From positions 96,001 to 160,000 of the IMG/VR virus record IMGVR_UViG_3300014204_013734: a stretch of 64,000 nt of DNA. The stretch is one strand, 5' to 3'. This document shows positions 18,989-28,385 of this stretch, in pieces. The position numbers and the translations under genes are program-made. The DNA comes from a virus. Its lineage: Duplodnaviria > Caudoviricetes. Below the pieces are notes generated by a model. It was not told where the DNA came from. It ran no database searches and saw only the letters and a program-made list of their open reading frames with translations. Numbering within the stretch: the first letter of the stretch is position 1; each line of letters starts with the position of its first letter.

Positions 18989-19863
18989 TGTTGGACCAGA
19001 ACCCGCCAACTTCGTCAGATAAGTTTTTCAGTCAGGCGGATGCAGATCGCATCTTTAATGAATTGAAAGACCTTCAGGTGGATCTTGACGATGATCCCCT
19101 GGCTTTTGGACCGAAGCGGTTGAACAACAAGGTGTCGGAAGTTCGTCGGATGCTGGCTAGGTGCGAACGAATTTTTTTAGACATGTCCCAAAAATTCCAT
19201 TTTTGCCGGCGACAGCTCAAGATCGCAACGTTGAACTTGGAACTTTCCAAGAAACACCTTCTAGCGAATGATCCGGACGTGCGTGCTGGTCGCAGTGTTG
19301 CTGACCGGGATGCTATTGCAGCAGGAAAACTGGCTTCTGAAATACACATTGTCCATGAATTGGAGATGTCTGAACAGGATTTAGGTTCTGTCCTACAAGT
19401 AGTCAAGGCAAAAAGGACGGACCTTAAGGATGCTGAAGGGCGTCTTAGGGATCAGATCCGAATTTGCCAAGAGGAAATTGGGCTTGGTGCCAGATGGGGT
19501 TCCCGCGCTTCCAAAGCATCGGACATTGATTTGACACCAGGAATTGCTACACCGGCTGATTTGTCCAGTATGAATGACTTACTTGTTGGTGTAGATGGGG
19601 AAATACACCTGTCTGAAATCAAAGAGGAAGAGAGGGAAAAAAAGGCCCTTTCCGAATCCTTGACAGAAGAGGTGGATTTGGAAAATGTATTGCCTTCTAC
19701 TACCACAGCGGCAGATACAGATTCCTTTCTGGAATTGAATATTTCAGAAACACCAGTTCTGCGGAAATCCCGAAAGGACGTTCCTGTCCTAGACGACTCT
19801 GTTTTGGATGATTTGTTGAAGGTGTTTGAGAACCCTGCTTTGGGGGTAGATAAAGTGTCGTGA
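18988..19863 (+). CDS. Coiled-coil protein, possibly a UvsY-like recombination mediator
   Basis: Helical N-half with SVADRDAIA segment and acidic tail; lies before SSB-like, RuvC-like and RecA genes. Function inferred from context. Confidence 0.5.
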   Translation: MLDQNPPTSSDKFFSQADADRIFNELKDLQVDLDDDPLAFGPKRLNNKVSEVRRMLARCERIFLDMSQKFHFCRRQLKIATLNLELSKKHLLANDPDVRAGRSVADRDAIAAGKLASEIHIVHELEMSEQDLGSVLQVVKAKRTDLKDAEGRLRDQIRICQEEIGLGARWGSRASKASDIDLTPGIATPADLSSMNDLLVGVDGEIHLSEIKEEEREKKALSESLTEEVDLENVLPSTTTAADTDSFLELNISETPVLRKSRKDVPVLDDSVLDDLLKVFENPALGVDKVS

Positions 19864-19929
19864 CGAGGACCTGTCCAAAAGATGACCTGTCCCGTCTTTT
19901 TCAACCAAAGGAAGGAAAAGGAGAAGAAG

Positions 19930-20664
19930 ATGTCAGTGAACAAAGGATTCAAGGAATTTGCGTTTGATGCAGGCGATGAACACGTTGGCAACAAGTCCAT
20001 GCGTTGGAAGGGAACGGCAGGAAATACCTACCGGTTTTCTTTCATTTCTTGGCCAGGGCTGGAAAAAGGCACCCCTGATTTTGAAGCCCCAAGTCCCAAA
20101 TTCCTCGGGGCAAGCACGAACTACATTCAGGGGGCCGGATTCGTGGTCAACAACGGTCCTGAATTCACGAAGCTGGCTGGTGACCGTCCTCGCAGCCGTA
20201 TTGGTACGGTCATTGTTGAGTGGCCTATGGACAAACGGGGTAACATCGACAATGCCCGAATCATTTCCGGCGACATTGATGTTTTGGTCTGGGTGTTTTC
20301 AGGGGACAAATACAAAACCCTGAAAATGCTCAGCAAGGAATTTCCCTTCGGGACTCACGACATCAAGGTGGAGGTGACGGACACCAACTACCAGAAGATG
20401 ACAATTACCCCCTGTCAGGAAAGCTTGCTGCGCAAGCTCATGGAAAACCCGAAGGGAAAGGAAGTTGTCGCGGGACTTCTGGCTAAAGCCCAAGACTTGG
20501 CGTCTAATCTCTCCAACGAGATTGGTGTTGAGATGACGATTGAACAGGTTCGCGCCAAGATGTCGGGTCTTCCTGCGTCAGGCAATCGGGCGGCGGTAGG
20601 CACCCCCGACGCAGCTACGACTGGGGATGTAGACGGTTTGCTTGACAACCTGTTGGGCGGATAA
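19930..20664 (+). CDS. Putative single-stranded DNA-binding protein (gp32-like)
   Basis: Beta-rich core, flexible linker and acidic C-terminus DVDGLLDNLLGG; strong purine-rich SD; recombination-cluster context. Confidence 0.55.
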   Translation: MSVNKGFKEFAFDAGDEHVGNKSMRWKGTAGNTYRFSFISWPGLEKGTPDFEAPSPKFLGASTNYIQGAGFVVNNGPEFTKLAGDRPRSRIGTVIVEWPMDKRGNIDNARIISGDIDVLVWVFSGDKYKTLKMLSKEFPFGTHDIKVEVTDTNYQKMTITPCQESLLRKLMENPKGKEVVAGLLAKAQDLASNLSNEIGVEMTIEQVRAKMSGLPASGNRAAVGTPDAATTGDVDGLLDNLLGG

Positions 20665-20668
20665 CCGC

Positions 20669-21355
20669 ATGGTTTTGCTGGGGCTCGATCCGTCCCTCAC
20701 GAATTTCGGCTGGGCCTTACACGATACTGACGGTGTAGGGCCTAGCCGTTGTTTGAAGAGGGGGCGGTTTCACACTTCGTCCAAGACGTTGTTCGTTGAC
20801 CGTTATTGTGACATGCGGTCAAAAGTGGTTTCTCTCGTTGAAGATTGCGGGGTGCAGCGTCTTGGCATCGAATACCCGATCTTCAATGATCTCTGGTCCG
20901 AAGGCATGTATGGGTTGTTCCTTTTCACATGCGAAGCTTTACGATCAATGAAGGTTGATGTTGTGTTCTTTTCCCCGGGGCAAGGCAAGGCGCAAGCCAG
21001 GGATTTGTTGGTTGAAGTCGTTGACCCTGATACGGGTTCAACTACCTTCCAGCCACTGCGGCCGAAAAAGTGGAAGATGGAAAAGCCAGACATGGTAGAA
21101 GCGGCCCGTTTTGATACTGGCGGCAAGGGGAAGTGGGATCACAATGAAGCGGATGCTTATTGGATAGCCAGGACTGCAGGTCGGTTCTGGTTATTCCATG
21201 ATGGCGTTTTGAAACTAGACGATTTGACGGTTCTTGAACGCAAGCAATTCGCTGAGATCAGGACCGTCAAGCGTGGGTTGCGGGCCGGTCAGGTTGAGAT
21301 GAAGGGTATTTCATACCGGGAAAACGAACGGTTTTTTCTGTGGTCCAAAGAATAA
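20669..21355 (+). CDS. RuvC-like Holliday junction resolvase
   Basis: LLGLDPSLTNFGW, IEYP and HNEADAY carry the RNase H-fold acidic residues. Confidence 0.8.
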   Translation: MVLLGLDPSLTNFGWALHDTDGVGPSRCLKRGRFHTSSKTLFVDRYCDMRSKVVSLVEDCGVQRLGIEYPIFNDLWSEGMYGLFLFTCEALRSMKVDVVFFSPGQGKAQARDLLVEVVDPDTGSTTFQPLRPKKWKMEKPDMVEAARFDTGGKGKWDHNEADAYWIARTAGRFWLFHDGVLKLDDLTVLERKQFAEIRTVKRGLRAGQVEMKGISYRENERFFLWSKE

Positions 21356-21388
21356 CCGTTTCACAAGAAAAAGCACAAGGAAAAACAC

Positions 21389-22645
21389 ATGGCAAAGAAA
21401 GCTGACGTTAAGAAAGACACCCGTCCGGCCAACGCCCTGACGGAATCCGTTTCTCTTCTGGAAAAAATATTCAGTTCCAAGAAAATGTCGAATCCGTTCG
21501 TGACTTTGAACGAAGACGACTTTACAACATCGCTTCCACATATCCCTACCGGGTCCATCACGATTGATTACTTGATGGGTGGGAAGCTGAATCGTTACGG
21601 GGTTCCTCCCTGCCCTGGGTTTCCTAAAGGGCGTGTCGTCAATCTCTATGGCCAAGAATCGTCTGGTAAGACGACACTGGCCTTGACGGTTGCTGCTAAT
21701 GTTATCGCCATGGGCGGTACGGTGGCTTACATTGACTTTGAAAATGCAATTGTGCCCAGCTACGCCAAGACGCTTGGGGTTCCCATCGAAGACAAACATC
21801 ATTTCATGCTCATGCAACCTGAAACTTTGGAACAGGGAATTACGATTCTCTACGCCTGTGCCATTCGGGGTGTGGACCTTATCGTAATTGATTCCGTGGG
21901 TGCAGGTATTCCGAAAGCGGTCATGGAGCAAGGTCTTGATGAAAAGGGCAGTTCGGGTCGTGTTGGGGCATTGGCCCAAATGTGGTCCAATATCCTGCCT
22001 CAGATACGAACCCGGATCATGAAATCCGGGTCTTGTGTGGTTGGGATCAGTCAGCTTCGAAAGACCATCAATACGTCTGGTTATGGGGATGCTTCCGGGA
22101 CTACTACCCAGGGGGGAGAAGCTTGGAAGTTCTATTCCGATATTCGTTTCGGTCTCAGGAGAATCAAGACCGAAAAGAATAAGGAATTTGATGCCCTGTC
22201 TCATTCTTCCAAAGATGAAATTTCAACCGGAACGAAGATCAAGGCCAAGGCCGATAAGTGTAAGGTTTCGGCCATGCAAGGTCGTGAGGTTGAGTTTTAT
22301 ATCCGCTTTGGGGAAGGGATTGACGATCTTCGTTCTGTCGTGGAATTCGCGGAAAAGGTTGGCATCGTTCACCGTGATTCTGGGAGTTCTTGGTATTCTT
22401 GGGAACGTCCCGACGGGGAAGTCCTGAAAATCCAAGGGATGGAAAAGTTCAAGGAAGCTGTGCGGTCTACCCCCAACGGTATTGAAGAATTGCGCCGGGT
22501 CACAAAAGAACGTTTGTATGCGTCTGATATCCCCTTGGTGGCGGAAGACGACAAGACGGAAGAGGAAGAACTCTTGGACATTGAAAGCATTCTTTCTGCT
22601 GGTAGCGTTAAACCTGCGGAAACTTCAGAAGAAGCAGGTTCTTGA
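21389..22645 (+). CDS. recA: RecA recombinase
   Basis: IPTGSITID; GFPKGRVVNLYGQESSGKTT; YIDFENA; LIVIDSV; SQLR; GGEAWKFYS. Confidence 0.96.
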   Translation: MAKKADVKKDTRPANALTESVSLLEKIFSSKKMSNPFVTLNEDDFTTSLPHIPTGSITIDYLMGGKLNRYGVPPCPGFPKGRVVNLYGQESSGKTTLALTVAANVIAMGGTVAYIDFENAIVPSYAKTLGVPIEDKHHFMLMQPETLEQGITILYACAIRGVDLIVIDSVGAGIPKAVMEQGLDEKGSSGRVGALAQMWSNILPQIRTRIMKSGSCVVGISQLRKTINTSGYGDASGTTTQGGEAWKFYSDIRFGLRRIKTEKNKEFDALSHSSKDEISTGTKIKAKADKCKVSAMQGREVEFYIRFGEGIDDLRSVVEFAEKVGIVHRDSGSSWYSWERPDGEVLKIQGMEKFKEAVRSTPNGIEELRRVTKERLYASDIPLVAEDDKTEEEELLDIESILSAGSVKPAETSEEAGS

Positions 22646-23736
22646 TGCCGGTTCAAATCCGGGTTCGTGACTTCCAGTCCATCCACGATGCCACAATCAT
22701 CGTGGATGGACTGACGGTTGTCACCGGACCAAACAACGCTGGTAAATCAGCTCTTCAACGTGCGGTCCGCGCGGCATTTCAGAATGCCCGCGGATCGTCG
22801 TTTGTTCGTAGAGGGACTACAAAGTCTGTTGTTGATATTGATTTTTGTGATGGTCATTCCGTTCATTGGGAAAAAGGTTCCGGCAAAGATACAAAACCAA
22901 CTTATATTATTGATGGGGGTTCTCCGCTGCATCCGGGTCAGGGTGTTCCTGATGAATTGGGGGATCTTGGCGTTAAGTCCGTTGTGGCCGGCGGGAAGAC
23001 ATTGTGGCCACAGTTCGCACCCCAGTTTACAGGCCAGGTGTTTCTTCTTGATGAATCGGGAGCTGTGCTTGCGGAAGCGGTTGCAGACGTAGACCGGGTT
23101 GGACAGCTTAATCAGGCCTTACGGTTGGCAGAATCTGATAGGCGGGCAGGGATATCGGAAAGGAAAGTTCGGCATTCAGACGCCGAACGTTTAGAACAGG
23201 ATTTGCAGCGTTATGACGGGGTTGATGACCTTGGGGTCGTCTTGGACGGCTTGGAAAAGGACCAAAGTCAGGTAGTACGGATGACGGCGGCGATATCCGG
23301 GTTGGAAAAGCTGAAGTCCGATTATGATAGGTCAGTTTCCCTTGTGTCTTTGCTGTCCGGGGTTTTGACTGTAGAAGTGCCGAATGTGGGGGAACTTCAG
23401 GCACTTGGTGAGGGAATTGCAGTTTTATCCGCCTTGCACAGCAGATTTCAGAATGCAGATGTGCAGGTGAAACGATTGTCCGGTTTGGAGGATGTGGACA
23501 CCGTTGTTGATACAGAGTCAATCGTGAAGGTAGGTCTGGCACTTGATATTCTGGACGGGCTTGAAACCCGTTGGAAGGCGGCAACTGAAAGAGAACAGGC
23601 CGCAGAAAAAGAGGTCAGCCAATTGGTAAAGGAAGCTGAAGAGGTAGAACAATCGGTGGCGGCGTTCTTGGAAGAAATCGGAACCTGCCCTTATTGCGGG
23701 TCCTCAACGGCAAGCACAGGAGGTTCATTGTCATGA
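22645..23736 (+). CDS. SbcC/Rad50-like ATPase, N-terminal half
   Basis: VRDFQSI, Walker A GPNNAGKS, Q-loop-like PQF, coiled coil ending in zinc-hook CPYCG; no Walker B. Confidence 0.85.
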   Translation: MPVQIRVRDFQSIHDATIIVDGLTVVTGPNNAGKSALQRAVRAAFQNARGSSFVRRGTTKSVVDIDFCDGHSVHWEKGSGKDTKPTYIIDGGSPLHPGQGVPDELGDLGVKSVVAGGKTLWPQFAPQFTGQVFLLDESGAVLAEAVADVDRVGQLNQALRLAESDRRAGISERKVRHSDAERLEQDLQRYDGVDDLGVVLDGLEKDQSQVVRMTAAISGLEKLKSDYDRSVSLVSLLSGVLTVEVPNVGELQALGEGIAVLSALHSRFQNADVQVKRLSGLEDVDTVVDTESIVKVGLALDILDGLETRWKAATEREQAAEKEVSQLVKEAEEVEQSVAAFLEEIGTCPYCGSSTASTGGSLS

Positions 23737-24344
23737 AAGCACAATCAGGTAAAGGGTCTTCAGTTCACCGTTGTGTTCAGACCGCTTTGTTGGTCATGAT
23801 CTTGGTTGTCTTGGTCATCCGGGGTTTCGGTTCCGCTGAAGAACCGGTTTTGAAACCCGCACCTATGACTGACCAGCAACAAGTGGATTTGGTTCTTGAA
23901 GCTATGCAAATCATGGCGGCAACGGAAAACCCAGGAAATTTGGATGCCTTATTGGCGCGTCGGGGCGTCAACCCCAGGGATTTGGCAAACAGCATTCTGG
24001 CTAATGCCAAGGAAGCAAAGATTGATCCGCTTCTTCTGGTCGTGATGGCCTGGATTGAAACCCGTTTCAACCCGAAGGCCGTCAGCGATTTTATTAACCG
24101 TCCACAAGAAGGGAAAAACTGTGGGCTTCTTCAAGTTCGTACAGATATTCCCGGTCGTCCGTCATGCGAAAAGATGATGAACGCAGATGAAAACTTGAAG
24201 TGGGCAACCGCACACCTCCAAGAATTGATTTCTGGGTGCGGGGGGGAATTGTGTTTGAAGAAGTACAACGCGGGCGACTATTCAGACCGCGTTTGGAGGA
24301 AACTGGACTGGTTGCAGAGGAAAATGCAGTGGCGGAAGGTTTAA
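23733..24344 (+). CDS. SLT-family lytic transglycosylase with N-terminal membrane anchor
   Basis: Hydrophobic ALLVMILVVLVI; AWIETRFNPKAVS (catalytic Glu); GLLQV; YNAG. Confidence 0.85.
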   Translation: MKAQSGKGSSVHRCVQTALLVMILVVLVIRGFGSAEEPVLKPAPMTDQQQVDLVLEAMQIMAATENPGNLDALLARRGVNPRDLANSILANAKEAKIDPLLLVVMAWIETRFNPKAVSDFINRPQEGKNCGLLQVRTDIPGRPSCEKMMNADENLKWATAHLQELISGCGGELCLKKYNAGDYSDRVWRKLDWLQRKMQWRKV

Positions 24345-25303
24345 TCTTAGTTTGGCGGACGGATGCTCATCTGTCCGATTTCGCCCCTGAATCCAGGGTA
24401 GACGACTGGGCCTTGGCCATCCTTGGTAAGCTCGCACAAGTCGGCGAGATAGCCAGGAAGGCCAAGGCTTCAGGCATCCTGGACGGGGGGGATCTGTTTC
24501 ACGTGAAGACGCCTTCACGTAACTCACACGGGTTGGTAGGGAGGGTTGCTGCTGTTCATGCAGCCAATCCTTGCCCGACATGGGCTACCATTGGGAACCA
24601 CGATGTCAAATACGGAAATTCTGAATTTCTGGAAGAAAACCCTTTGGGGGTGTTGTTTGAATCTGGGGTATTGAGACGTCTATACGGTCCCCACGAAGCA
24701 TTCTTTGAAAAGGGGGGTGTGACAGTCAGGGTCGTCGGCATTCCTTATCACGGGACTGAATATGACATGTCCAAGTTTTCCACTCTTCAGAAGGGGGCGG
24801 AAGATTATCTTGTGGTAGTAGCCCATTGCTTGGCCAGTCGTACCGGTAGATCAATGTACGAAAAGGAAGATGTCCTTAAGTATTCGGATCTTTTGGCATT
24901 TGCCCCTGATGTGTTTTGTTTCGGTCATTCCCACTCCAACCAAGGCATAGAAGAAATAGCTCCGGGTAAGTGGATCATCAACACAGGCAGTTTGTCCAGA
25001 GGAGCCTTGAATCAGGATGATATAAATCGTGTTCCTTCTTGTGTTGTTTTGAAGTTCACAAAAACCGAAATCAAGGTAGTCCCAATCCCGTTGAAAGTAG
25101 CCCCTGCGTCGGAAGTATTCAACTTAGAAGGACATCAGCGTTCCTTGGAACAGGATATTTCCATGGAACAGTTTGTTGATTCTCTGAAAGAGGTTCTGTC
25201 GGATAGGAGTAAGGGTTCTGTCCTTGAATCGGTTCGGGATATGCCTGGTATTGATGACGAAGTCAGGGAACGGGCGGTGCATTATCTGGAAAGGTCCTTG
25301 TGA
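24329..25303 (+). CDS. SbcD/Mre11-like metallophosphoesterase nuclease
   Basis: TDAH, GGDLFH, GNHD, VAH, FGHSH, NTGSL motifs; GTG start at 24329 after AGAGGA. Confidence 0.9.
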   Translation: MAEGLILVWRTDAHLSDFAPESRVDDWALAILGKLAQVGEIARKAKASGILDGGDLFHVKTPSRNSHGLVGRVAAVHAANPCPTWATIGNHDVKYGNSEFLEENPLGVLFESGVLRRLYGPHEAFFEKGGVTVRVVGIPYHGTEYDMSKFSTLQKGAEDYLVVVAHCLASRTGRSMYEKEDVLKYSDLLAFAPDVFCFGHSHSNQGIEEIAPGKWIINTGSLSRGALNQDDINRVPSCVVLKFTKTEIKVVPIPLKVAPASEVFNLEGHQRSLEQDISMEQFVDSLKEVLSDRSKGSVLESVRDMPGIDDEVRERAVHYLERSL

Positions 25304-25830
25304 TGATTCAGGAACCGAAGTTGTCGATTGAATTGGTTCCAAAAACAACTTGGGGCAGGAATCTTCGGCAGCTTCTTTCAACTTCCAATTGGGACATTTT
25401 GAGGAAACGGCAGTATGTCTTGGCTGGTGGTGTGTGCGAAATCTGCGGGGAATCGGGCAAGGATCAGGGATTCAGGGAAGCTCTTCACTGCCATGAAGTT
25501 TGGGATTATGATGAACCAAACGGAATTCAAAGACTTGTCCGGGTCATTGCACTTTGTCCTTTGTGCCATGACGTGAAGCATTTCGGGTTTGCTACCGCCT
25601 GGAAAGGTCCCGAAGCAGCGAAACGGGCATTTGCCCATCTTTTGAAAGTTAACGGTTGGACTAAGGCACAAGGGGAAGCCCATATAGGGGAAATGTTCAA
25701 GCGGTTTGTTTTCAGGTCCGGCCAGGAATGGATCCTTGATGTCAGTTGGCTTGAACAATCGGGCATCCGTCTTTCCAAAGTGAAATCTAAAAAGCAGGGT
25801 AAGAAACGTGGGGAAGCAGGAAGAAGGTAA
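25303..25830 (+). CDS. HNH-family nuclease-like protein
   Basis: CEICG...LHCHEVWDY...LCPLCHDVKH. Confidence 0.8.
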   Translation: MIQEPKLSIELVPKTTWGRNLRQLLSTSNWDILRKRQYVLAGGVCEICGESGKDQGFREALHCHEVWDYDEPNGIQRLVRVIALCPLCHDVKHFGFATAWKGPEAAKRAFAHLLKVNGWTKAQGEAHIGEMFKRFVFRSGQEWILDVSWLEQSGIRLSKVKSKKQGKKRGEAGRR

Positions 25831-25890
25831 ACGGGTGAAGCGAACCTTGGGGTATTATGTTTTGGTTTCGGTCTTTGCAGCGAGGTTAGA

Positions 25891-26877
25891 ATGCCTAAAA
25901 AAGAATTCACGTTGTACTGGTCAAGCTTTGATTCTTACGAAAAATGTCCACAGCAATTCCTTTGGAACAAAGGATGGGGGATGATTGATGTTGGTGGAGG
26001 TATGGGTCGGCCCAAACCGAAGCCTCTCAAGAAATCCGAACACCATGCGGTTATGGGGACTGTAATACAGGCTGTCATTGAACGGTTTTATAACGACGAG
26101 CTATGGAATGCCATGGCCCCGTTGATGTTGAGAGACCGTTTAATGGAATTGGCGGACGAGCATATGAAGTTGGAACTGGCTCGCCGATTTGTTGATTGGC
26201 GTTTAGCTGGAATGACCCCCGAGGAGATGAAGCAAGGGATCAAAGACGGCATTATGGGTTATATGCGGACGATGAAACAGCACAGATTTCTTGGTCCTTA
26301 TGCCAAGGCCGAAGTGGATCTTGTCGCTTACGTCAATAACTGGACCCCCATTGGCGGCCGTGCTGATGTGATTTTCCGTCGGGACGACACTGGAACTACT
26401 ATTCTTGACGGCAAGAATTCCCGTCGGTACAAGGACGGGAAGGGTGGTCTTATGACCTACACGGATCCAGACCAGCTTCGGTGGTATGCCCTCTGTTTTT
26501 ATCTTGCCTACAACAAAAATCCAGATCGTTTGGGTTTCGTTTATTATCGCTATCCGTTCGGAAATCCAGTTCTTGATGGGGACGGTAATCCGACCGGGGA
26601 GACTGAACCCGGTGTAGATTGGGTTCCTTTTACTAGGGATGATCTTAAGGGTTTGGCTGAACGGGCTGTAGAGGCCCGGAAGGGAATGGACAGAGAAAAA
26701 TTCCCGGCTACTCCGAATTACAAGATCTGTCGTTTTTGCGATTACGAATCAGTGTGTCCGGAACGTCAGACACAGAGGGACCAGAATCGCAGAGCCCCAA
26801 AAAACGTAGATACTCTTTTGGATGGCATCTCTGGAATCGTTGAATTTACCATGGACAACGAAAATCCGGGTAAGTAG
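25891..26877 (+). CDS. PD-(D/E)XK exonuclease, Cas4/AddB-like with Fe-S cysteines
   Basis: N-terminal CPQQF; GRADVI...ILDGK; QLRWYA; C-terminal CRFCDYESVC. Confidence 0.85.
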   Translation: MPKKEFTLYWSSFDSYEKCPQQFLWNKGWGMIDVGGGMGRPKPKPLKKSEHHAVMGTVIQAVIERFYNDELWNAMAPLMLRDRLMELADEHMKLELARRFVDWRLAGMTPEEMKQGIKDGIMGYMRTMKQHRFLGPYAKAEVDLVAYVNNWTPIGGRADVIFRRDDTGTTILDGKNSRRYKDGKGGLMTYTDPDQLRWYALCFYLAYNKNPDRLGFVYYRYPFGNPVLDGDGNPTGETEPGVDWVPFTRDDLKGLAERAVEARKGMDREKFPATPNYKICRFCDYESVCPERQTQRDQNRRAPKNVDTLLDGISGIVEFTMDNENPGK

Positions 26878-26908
26878 AAACGAACGTCCTACAGGGAGCG
26901 TTGAACGA

Positions 26909-27184
26909 ATGTCTTTGGAAGAAAACAAAAAGAAGTTGGACGACCTGACAAAACGTCGGGATACTTGTAAGGCGAAAATGGAACGGGCGAAGGGACGGTT
27001 GGACAGTGCACGTCGGGAATTGGATTCCGTCGTTGCTGAGTGTCGAAAGAAAGGAGTTGAACCCGATCAGATTCCTGATGCCTTGTCCAAACTCCAGGAC
27101 AAGTTTGCCTCTTTGGTTGTGGATTTGGAACGGCGTGTTGAAGATGCCGAAAGATCTATCATCCCCTATTTGGAGGAAAAGTAA
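26909..27184 (+). CDS. Small coiled-coil protein
   Basis: Helical heptad pattern; GGGAG SD. Confidence 0.75.
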   Translation: MSLEENKKKLDDLTKRRDTCKAKMERAKGRLDSARRELDSVVAECRKKGVEPDQIPDALSKLQDKFASLVVDLERRVEDAERSIIPYLEEK

Positions 27185-27185
27185 G

Positions 27186-28385
27186 ATGAAGTTTACGGTT
27201 GCGAAGAAGGACTTGTCTTCGGCTTTGGAAGTCGTGACGCCTGCTATGGCCAATACGGGGGACATGACTGCCCATTACTTGTTCCGCAAAGCTGCAGAGG
27301 CTGATCGGATGGAAGTCCTAACCCATTCCGGGAGGATTGTGGCTCTGTGCCCATTTATTGCTCGGGTGGAAGATGTTTCGTCTGAAGAAGCCTTCCAATT
27401 TACCATTGAGGGGTGGCGACTCCGCACGTGGTTGGAATCCAAACCGGATTCCGCTTTGATGTTTAGCTTTGATCCGGTTACCAAGCAGGTTTCTGCTGAA
27501 GCCTCTGGTCAGAGTTCGCATTCCGCCGCAATCTTTGATTCTTTGGACCCTGCCAATTGGATTTGTTGGGACAAGACGTACAAAGAAGCAAAAGAAGTGT
27601 CCTTGATTTCGGCTGCACGACTCCACCATGCTTTGGGCCATGCCAAGAGCTTTGCATCGGTTCAAGAGAGCCAGGCGCCAGAAATCTGCGTGTGTGTGAT
27701 TCAAGACGGAATCATGAAATCAACGGACAAGGTGTCCGCAACTTTCCTTAAGGTCCAAGGACTTGAAAATTCCACGTTGAAAGTTCATGTCCGGGACGTT
27801 GCAGGGCTTTTGTCTTTCTTGGCCTTGCTGAAGGAAGAAGATGTTGGGATTATGGAACATCCTCGCATGATGTTTTTCCGTCGTCAGGATGGGGCGGTTT
27901 ACGGGGAAAGTCGTTTTACGGCGGCATTCCCAAGTTTCAAATGCCCTCCTGAAACGGATGCTTATTCGTGGACGTTTGATGTGGACGCTTTGCGAAAAGG
28001 CACGAAGCATCTTTTTGCCAGTGCAAAGAAAGATGATGTGAGGGTTAGGTTTCAGCGTCCCGACTTGGATGGACCGGTTATTATGTCCATGCCGGTCGCC
28101 GACAAGCCGGTCTTGACGTCCGTCAAGCTTGATGTTGTAGAAGGTGAGTCTTCTGCTGACGCACCTGCTCTTCCGGCAGAAGGTTTCCAAGTTTCGTGTC
28201 CTCGAATGTTGGACATCATCAATTTGCAGAAGGCGGATACCATTCGGTTGGGGGTCAACCTTCGTGTTGACAATGGGGAAGTTCTGGGCGGATACCTTCG
28301 CTTCCGGGATATTCGTTTTTCCGATAAGGACGGCAACGGGGGTGACGAATACATCACCGTGCTGGTGTTCTTGGAAAACACTTGA
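27186..28385 (+). CDS. dnaN: DNA polymerase III beta sliding clamp-like protein
   Basis: Starts MKFTVAKKDLSSALEVV; 399 aa; three-domain pattern with ...MKSTDK... and FPSF; co-occurs with dnaX/holA/holB. Confidence 0.75.
   Translation: MKFTVAKKDLSSALEVVTPAMANTGDMTAHYLFRKAAEADRMEVLTHSGRIVALCPFIARVEDVSSEEAFQFTIEGWRLRTWLESKPDSALMFSFDPVTKQVSAEASGQSSHSAAIFDSLDPANWICWDKTYKEAKEVSLISAARLHHALGHAKSFASVQESQAPEICVCVIQDGIMKSTDKVSATFLKVQGLENSTLKVHVRDVAGLLSFLALLKEEDVGIMEHPRMMFFRRQDGAVYGESRFTAAFPSFKCPPETDAYSWTFDVDALRKGTKHLFASAKKDDVRVRFQRPDLDGPVIMSMPVADKPVLTSVKLDVVEGESSADAPALPAEGFQVSCPRMLDIINLQKADTIRLGVNLRVDNGEVLGGYLRFRDIRFSDKDGNGGDEYITVLVFLENT

Noticed and set aside
20669-21355. RuvC domain as TnpB/Cas12 or transposase
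   Set aside because: Only 228 aa, no zinc finger or REC region, adjacent to recA; fits a Holliday junction resolvase
25891-26877. Cas4-like nuclease as evidence of CRISPR-Cas
   Set aside because: No repeat-spacer array or other cas genes seen; stand-alone Cas4/AddB-like nucleases are common in phage recombination clusters
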